DNA of 64,000 nucleotides from contig OZ024750.1 of assembly GCA_964016885.1 (NCBI GenBank), positions 7,564,001 to 7,628,000 of the forward strand. Direction: 5' to 3'. This document shows positions 56,310-64,000 of the stretch, one piece after another. Under the pieces are notes generated by a model. That model ran no database searches. It was not told where the DNA came from and was given only the letters and a program-made list of their open reading frames with translations. A program made the position numbers and the translations under genes. Numbering within the stretch: the stretch's first letter is position 1; every line of letters begins with the position of its first letter. Origin of the DNA: Eledone cirrhosa. Its lineage: Eukaryota.

Positions 56310-56494
56310 GTATATATATATATGTATATATATATAAGTATATATATATGTATATATATATATGTATGTATATATGTATATATATATATATATATGTATG
56401 TATATATAAGTATATATATATATATATATATATATATAAGTATATATATATATATATCAGTATATATATATGTATGTATATATAAGTATATACA

Positions 56495-56528
<34 letters not shown>

Positions 56529-56578
56529 CATATATACATATATATATATATAAGTATATATATGTATATATAAGTATA

Positions 56579-56619
<41 letters not shown>

Positions 56620-56811
56620 ATATAAGTATATATATATGTATGTATATATAAGTATATATATGTATATATATATATATAAGTATATATATGTATATATATA
56701 TGTATATATAAGTTTTGAATATGTCACTATCTGTAAAACAACTTTCGTATTTTACCGGTTTCAGAAGTTTCATGATATATATAATACATAAGATATAATA
56801 CATATATATAT

Positions 56812-56884
<73 letters not shown>

Positions 56885-57098
56885 CTTATGTATTATATAT
56901 ATATGTATTATATATGTATATTATATCTTATGTATATATATATATATGTATTATATCTTATGTATATATATATATGTATTATATATATATATATTATATC
57001 TTATATATATATATATATATATGTATTATATCTGACATATTCAAAAACTAAAACTGACCGTTTTGAATTCTGTTTGAATATATATATGTATATATAAG

Positions 57099-57141
<43 letters not shown>

Positions 57142-57148
57142 ATATAAG

Positions 57149-57187
<39 letters not shown>

Positions 57188-57197
57188 GTATATATAA

Positions 57198-57244
<47 letters not shown>

Positions 57245-57336
57245 AAGAAAAGGTAGAGTTAATAACTCATACTGATACCCTGTAATTAACAAGCTCAAAG
57301 TATAAATACTGAGCATTATATAATAATATAATTTAT

Positions 57337-57523
57337 GGGCGGTGGATTGGCAGTATCGGTAGAGGGTCGGACGCCATGCTTTGACGCATAGAGTTACTGC
57401 CCTTGCCATTCTGAGTTCAAATCCCGCCGAGGTTACCTTCGCCTTTCATCCTTACGGGGTCGATAAAATAAAGTACCAGTTATGTACTGGGTAATTTCTG
57501 GCCTTGTGCCAATAGTAGAAACA
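57337..57523 (+). mobile_element. tRNA-derived SINE (main family)
   Basis: Full length; attatataataatata at 57315-57330 and 57524-57539. Confidence 0.92.
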
Positions 57524-57549
57524 ATTATATAATAATATATGTAGTAATA

Positions 57550-57700
57550 AACGCAGTAAATCTTGTGTCTAAAATTACGAGGGTTGAAATACGACGTTGG
57601 TTTGAGAAATTTAACCAGAAGCAAACCGAAATTCTGGAGAAATTTCCCAAACCAACGTAGTATTTCAACCCTCGTAATTTTAGACACAAGATTTACTGTG

Positions 57701-57702
<2 letters not shown>
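57550..57702. mobile_element. Family G inverted-repeat element ending in (TA)n
   Basis: ~63-bp arms 57550-57612 and 57640-57702. Confidence 0.75.
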
Positions 57703-57740
<38 letters not shown>

Positions 57741-57744
<4 letters not shown>

Positions 57745-57962
57745 GTTTGAATATGTATAATAAAGCCAAAACAATGCAGGTATGGACATAGAAAAAAGAA
57801 TGCATTTAAATAAATCTAAGGTAAAAGACGATTTGTCAACAATATCTTTTGCAATTGCATTCTTTTTTCTATGTCCATACCTGCATTGTTTTGGCTTTAT
57901 TATACCTTTTCAAACGTTTATACCTCATTACACAATGCTTCAAGTGAACTATAACCTCCTCC
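57741..57962. mobile_element. Family H TA-flanked asymmetric palindrome
   Basis: ~64-bp arms 57741-57804 and 57856-57920 plus a 3' tail. Confidence 0.75.
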
Positions 57963-58228
57963 ATATATATATATATATATCTATATAATATATTCTTTTA
58001 CTCTGTTACCTGTTCTAGCTGAGGCCATGCTGGGGCACCGAGAAAAAAAACATCTACTCTCGGAGCGGATCAAAGAAACTATTTCTGAATGCCGCAAAAC
58101 CTGGCAGAGGAGTCCCCAATATACATATTATAATATATGTATATATATATATACATATTATAATATTTACATATTATAATATATGTATATATATATATAT
58201 ATACAGATATATCTAAAAGTATGTATAA

Positions 58229-58260
<32 letters not shown>

Positions 58261-58261
<1 letters not shown>

Positions 58262-58470
58262 ACAAAGGAATTGTGGTAAGGAACCAGATGGACCATAACG
58301 CACCAGAGTACTGAATACTTAGGGTAGTAGAGTGGGAAATAGGAAAAAGTATGACCCCGACGGCAGAGCTCAACCCGTTTCGACGGCTATTTCTGGACTA
58401 AATTAGAATTTTTAGCCTGAAATAGTCGTTGAAACGGGTTGAGCTCTGCCGTCGGGGTCATACTTTTTCC
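58261..58470. mobile_element. Family B fold-back element
   Basis: Both arms carry the private variant caacccg/cgggttg. Confidence 0.9.
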
Positions 58471-58497
58471 TTCACACACACACACACACACACACAC

Positions 58498-58549
<52 letters not shown>

Positions 58550-58913
58550 TATGTATAGATTAAATGTGTGTATATATATATACATACATATATACCCCTA
58601 CGTTATATACAACATTATTTACAGATAGAGAAAAAGGAGGGAGAAGTTTGTGATTGCGATGAAAAAATTCAAGAGAAGTAATGTTAGTGAAATCTCAAAA
58701 TAACAAAGAAAATTGAAGAAAAAATATCAGTGCACATTTCATTATTAACTCAATAAAATCACGAACAACTCCCAATATGGCAACACTCTATGATGTGTAG
58801 TTTGTGTAACTGCTTAGTGTCTTATTTTTTTTTTAGATATGGCATGTGTGTGTGTATATATGTATATATAAATATATATATATATATACGCATATATGTA
58901 CATATATACATAC

Positions 58914-58961
<48 letters not shown>

Positions 58962-58983
58962 ATATATGTACATATATACATAC

Positions 58984-59035
<52 letters not shown>

Positions 59036-59163
59036 TCAGCAGCTACGCATCAGCGGCTTGTCACGTGTCGTACACGCTGACATCACTAGTTGATTATTTT
59101 AGCCTCTGTTTCTCACACACTTTTGTATGTGTATGTTTATATCACTCTATCTCTCTCTGTATA

Positions 59164-59223
<60 letters not shown>

Positions 59224-59449
59224 CACACACACAGTCATCACAAACCCATACTCGTACACAATTATAAACGCCTGCTTCTTTTTAAATTCTTTCTCTATTT
59301 ATCTACTTACATTTCTCGCTCTCTCACACATACGCACGCATATACACACACATATACACACATATAAGACACAAATATACACGCACATACACACACACAC
59401 GTAGATGAAGAGACATGAAAATAGGTGCTCCTTCCCTTTCTTTTACGCA

Positions 59450-59801
59450 TATATAATCTTTATATATATATATAATCTTTATATATATATATAATCTTTA
59501 TATATATATATAATCTTTATATATATATATAATCTTTATATGTATATATAATCTTTATATAAATATATAATCTTTATATATATATATAATCTTTATATAT
59601 ATATATAACCTTTATATATATAATCTTTATATATATATATAATCTTTATATATATATATAATCTTTATATATATAAAATCTTTATATATATAAAATCTTT
59701 ATATATATATATATGTAATCTTTATATATATATAAAATCTTTATATATATATATATAATCTTTATATATATATATATATAATCTTTATATATATATATAA
59801 T

Positions 59802-59879
<78 letters not shown>

Positions 59880-60790
59880 CTTTATATATATATATAAAAT
59901 CTTTATATATATATTTATAATCTTTATATATATATTTATAATCTTTATATAATTTTTATATATATATATAATCTTTATATATATATAAAATCTATATCTA
60001 TATATATATATATATATATAATGTTTATATATATATATAATGTTTATATATATATATATCTCTATATATATATATATATATATAATCTTTATATATGTAT
60101 ATATATATGTATATATATATACATATATATAATCTTTATATATGTATATATATATGTATATATATATACATATATATAATCTTTATATATGTATATATAT
60201 ATATATGTATATATACATATATATATATGTGTATATGTATATATACATACATATATATGTGTATATGTATATATACATATATATATATACATACATATGT
60301 GTATATGTATATATACATATATATATATGTGTATATGTATATATACATACATATATATGTGTATATGTAAATATACATACATATATATGTGTATATGTAT
60401 ATATATACATATATATATATACATATGTGTATATGTATATATACACATATATATATATACATACATATATATGTGTATATGTATATATACACATATGTAT
60501 ATATATATGTATATATACATATATATATATGTATGTATATATACATATATATGTATGTATATATACATATATATATGTATATATACATATATATATATAT
60601 GTATGTATATATACATATATATATATATGTATGTATATATACATATATATATATATGTATATATACATATATATATATGTATATATACATATATATATAT
60701 GTATGTATACATATATATATATGTATATATACATATATATATATGTATATATACATATATATATATGTATGTATACATATATATATATAC
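59450..60790. repeat. (TA)n-derived minisatellites (aatcttt-(TA)n; then TA/TG/CA units)
   Basis: Direct inspection. Confidence 0.93.
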
Positions 60791-61399
60791 ACACACATAC
60801 AAGTACATATATATATCCATTCTGACATGCCTACACAGAAACACATTCTTTCCTTTATCTCACCCTCTTTCTTTCTCCCCCTCTCTTTCACCCTCTTTCT
60901 TTCTCTCTCTCTCTCTCACCCTCTTTCTTTCTCTCTCTCACCCTCTTTCTTTCTTTCTCTCTCTCTTCCTCTAACATTCTCAGCAACCTTACCTCTCCAC
61001 CTCTCCCGCTATCTCTCTCTCTCGCCCCCTCTCCCGCTATCTCTCTATCTTTCTCTCTCTCGCCCCCTCTCTCTCCCCCTATCTCTCTCGCCCCCTCTCT
61101 CTTACTCTTTCTCTATCACTCTCCCCCTTTCTCTCTCTCTCCTCCCTCTCTCTAACCCAGCAGATATAACTCTCACTCTATCTTTCTCACACATATGTCT
61201 ACCCACACACAGTTGCACTCACATACATATTCACATACGCACGCAAGCACTCACACATACATTCTCTCATGCACTTAGTCACAAACACACATGCATCACA
61301 CACACGTACACTTACATAAACACAAACATACACTTACACACACAACCCTATTCATACATATGCACTAACTCACACATACATGTTCTTACATATACACCA

Positions 61400-62100
61400 A
61401 CATTCATACACTCACACATACACTCACACATATGTAGTGACTCACACATACTCTCACACATTTGTACACACTCACACATACATGCACTGACACATACATC
61501 AACATTCATACACTCACACATACATTCACACATATACTCACTCTCACATACATGTTCTCACATATACACCAACTCACTCATATGCACTCACTCACACCTA
61601 CACTCACACATATATACTCACACACATACACTCACACTCACACATATGTACTCACACATACATATGCACTCACTCACACATATGTACTCACTCACACATA
61701 CATACATATGCACTCACTCACACATATGTACTCACTCACACATACATACATATGCACTCACTCACACATACACTCACACATATGTACTCACTCACACATA
61801 CATACATATGCACTCACTCACACATATGTACTCACACATACATACATATGCACTCACTCACACATATGTACTCACTCACACACACATACATATACACTCA
61901 CTCACACATACACTCACACATATGTACTCACTCACACATACATACATATGCACTCACTCACACATATGTACTCACTCACACATACATACATATGCACTCA
62001 CTCACACATACACTGACCTGACACACTGGTACTCACTCACTCACACATACATATGCACTCACTCACACTTACTCACACATATGCACTCTCTCACACATAC
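61400..62100. repeat. (CA)-derived minisatellite
   Basis: catatgcactcactcacacatatgtactcactcacacatacata units. Confidence 0.9.
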
Positions 62101-62422
62101 ATGCACAGCCATATACACCAACATGTACACGGTTTCTTAAGACAAGGAACAGTTGCATCACCCCCTCATCAGCTATCTTACTGCAAGTGCAGTTTCGCGC
62201 ATTATGGTAGTGTACTTTAGTTTCACTGCCTTTTTGTGCAACAGATCGACTGAGTGGTCTGTTGGTGAGATACATGTGATACATTAACAAAGTAAAGTAA
62301 TGAGGGGTTTACTTGCAGTTGTCTTTCAACAAAACGAGAGATAAATACATAAACAATTATGACTAGAAATAAATGGATAACAAACTTGATATACATATAT
62401 ATATAATAATTTATACACACAC

Positions 62423-62455
<33 letters not shown>

Positions 62456-62567
62456 ATTTATACATACACGCATACACATACATATATATATATATTTGTA
62501 ACAATAATGCAGTAAAATAACCAAATTCCGGAGAGGACTCGATAAATGTTGTATACAAGCTGTAGAG

Positions 62568-62619
<52 letters not shown>

Positions 62620-62921
62620 CCAACGTTTGTGTGTGTTCCATCTTCCCAATTATGAAGGAGATGAGAATATCACGATTTATTTCCTCGCATCACACTTGGA
62701 AACAAAAGTGATTTCATAAGAAAAAATCAGAATGCTGCAATGCATTACTACTACTACTACTACTACTACCGCTACCACTACTACTGCTACTACTAGTTTA
62801 TATTTAATTTCATTTCGTGCGTGTGTATCTTAGTCAATTATTGGTATCGATTATAATCTCCAAGAATATAAGAAAAATAAGAACAAATATTTTATAATAA
62901 TAATACTACTCCTAATAATAA

Positions 62922-63175
62922 TTGAATGACAGTTTCGTTTCTGTGAACGCATCTGGGACAGGCCCGGCTGACAACAGTTACACGCCTGTAGAGTTCATCT
63001 TGAATTGGTAATTCTCACCGGGAGTATTGTCAGACCAAGGATCTCTGGAAGTAATCCATGACCCTTGAACCGAACGTCCCCCGGAAAAACAGTGGCTAGT
63101 TGATTTTTGTCGGCATCTAAATTTTCTCTAAGAACGTCGTCTCGTTTGCCCTCTTCTAACCTTCAATAGAACTTT
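62922..63175 (-). pseudogene. Second Tx1/L1-clade ORF2 zf-RVT fragment
   Basis: FFRGTFGSRVMDYFQRSLV*QYSR*ELPIQDELYRRVTVVSRACPRCVHRNETVI aligns with the 7750 fragment. Confidence 0.8.
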
Positions 63176-63844
63176 AAAGTGGAGAAAAGAACTGTTTTAT
63201 ATGTCTCTGGCTTCACGTCTTTTGTAGGTAGTTGTTGTTTTCGTCTTCTGCAGTGGTTGAATGTTAAACAGAACTTTTTATTGAAACTTGGCTTTATCAC
63301 TTAGTGGACACAACGCTATTCTTCTCCTCGGAAACAACTTTGTTTTTCCGCCTGGTTTTTTAAAAACAAAATCTGGAGGATGTATTATTAAATTCCAAGT
63401 AACATTAGTCCTTTGCGAAGGAAAATATCAGTTCGGGGCCGCCAATTATAAATCAGATTATGATGCATATAAAAATTCATAGTTTGATTCTTTGTTGAAC
63501 CTGACTGTATTTGCCTACTAATTCCTGGATTTTATACATAGTTTGCGAAGGCGTTACTTTTGTTTTATGCTGATTGCTTTTGCTGTGGTCAATTCCTTTG
63601 CAATTATCAGCATTGTTTCTGTCAGTCTTCCTTTGTGATTGTCTGCGATTATTCCGTTGTTCATTTTTTCTCTCGAATTGTTATTTCTGTAGCCGTTGTG
63701 TTTTTATTCTGGTTTTCTGTTCGGCTGGTTGATTATTATAGGATTCTTCATGTTCATTATATTTTCCCTGCTCTTTTGTTGTTTTAATACTGCGTCTGAT
63801 TTTGCTTGCTCGATCGTGATGTTTGGCTCTCTCTCTCTCTACAC

Positions 63845-63877
<33 letters not shown>

Positions 63878-64000
63878 CCATAAAGAGAAATAGTCATATA
63901 CATACACACACACACATATATATATATATAGCTATTTCCCCTTTCTCTCTCTATACATCTCTCTCTCGCTCTCTCTCTCTATATATATAGTAAAATAAAA

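Noticed and set aside
63200-63820. Possible coding continuation beyond the Tx1 fragment
   Set aside because: Frequent stops and no recognisable motif

Overview
AT-rich, microsatellite-saturated eukaryotic non-coding DNA. The SINE families resemble those I recall from octopod cephalopods (taxon is an inference). I find no intact host gene; nearly all ORF-track entries are translations of (TA)n/(CA)n/trinucleotide tracts. The window holds about 15 copies of one tRNA-derived SINE (many with target-site duplications), other SINE pieces, fossil fragments of Tx1/L1, RTE, CRE-like and HERO-like non-LTR retrotransposons, and a Tc1/mariner transposase fragment. The main discovery is at least four unrelated families (my labels A-D) of short non-coding elements embedded in (TA)n tracts. 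They form asymmetric fold-back palindromes and carry type I hammerhead ribozyme folds: intact cores at 13838-13889 (+), 41606-41658 (-) and 30007-30064 (+), and degenerate or partial cores in families B and C. Several further TA-flanked palindromes (E-I) share the architecture. These are best read as Penelope-like-element termini or non-autonomous derivatives inserted by microhomology and twin priming at TA. All folds and alignments were done by eye; element boundaries are approximate.
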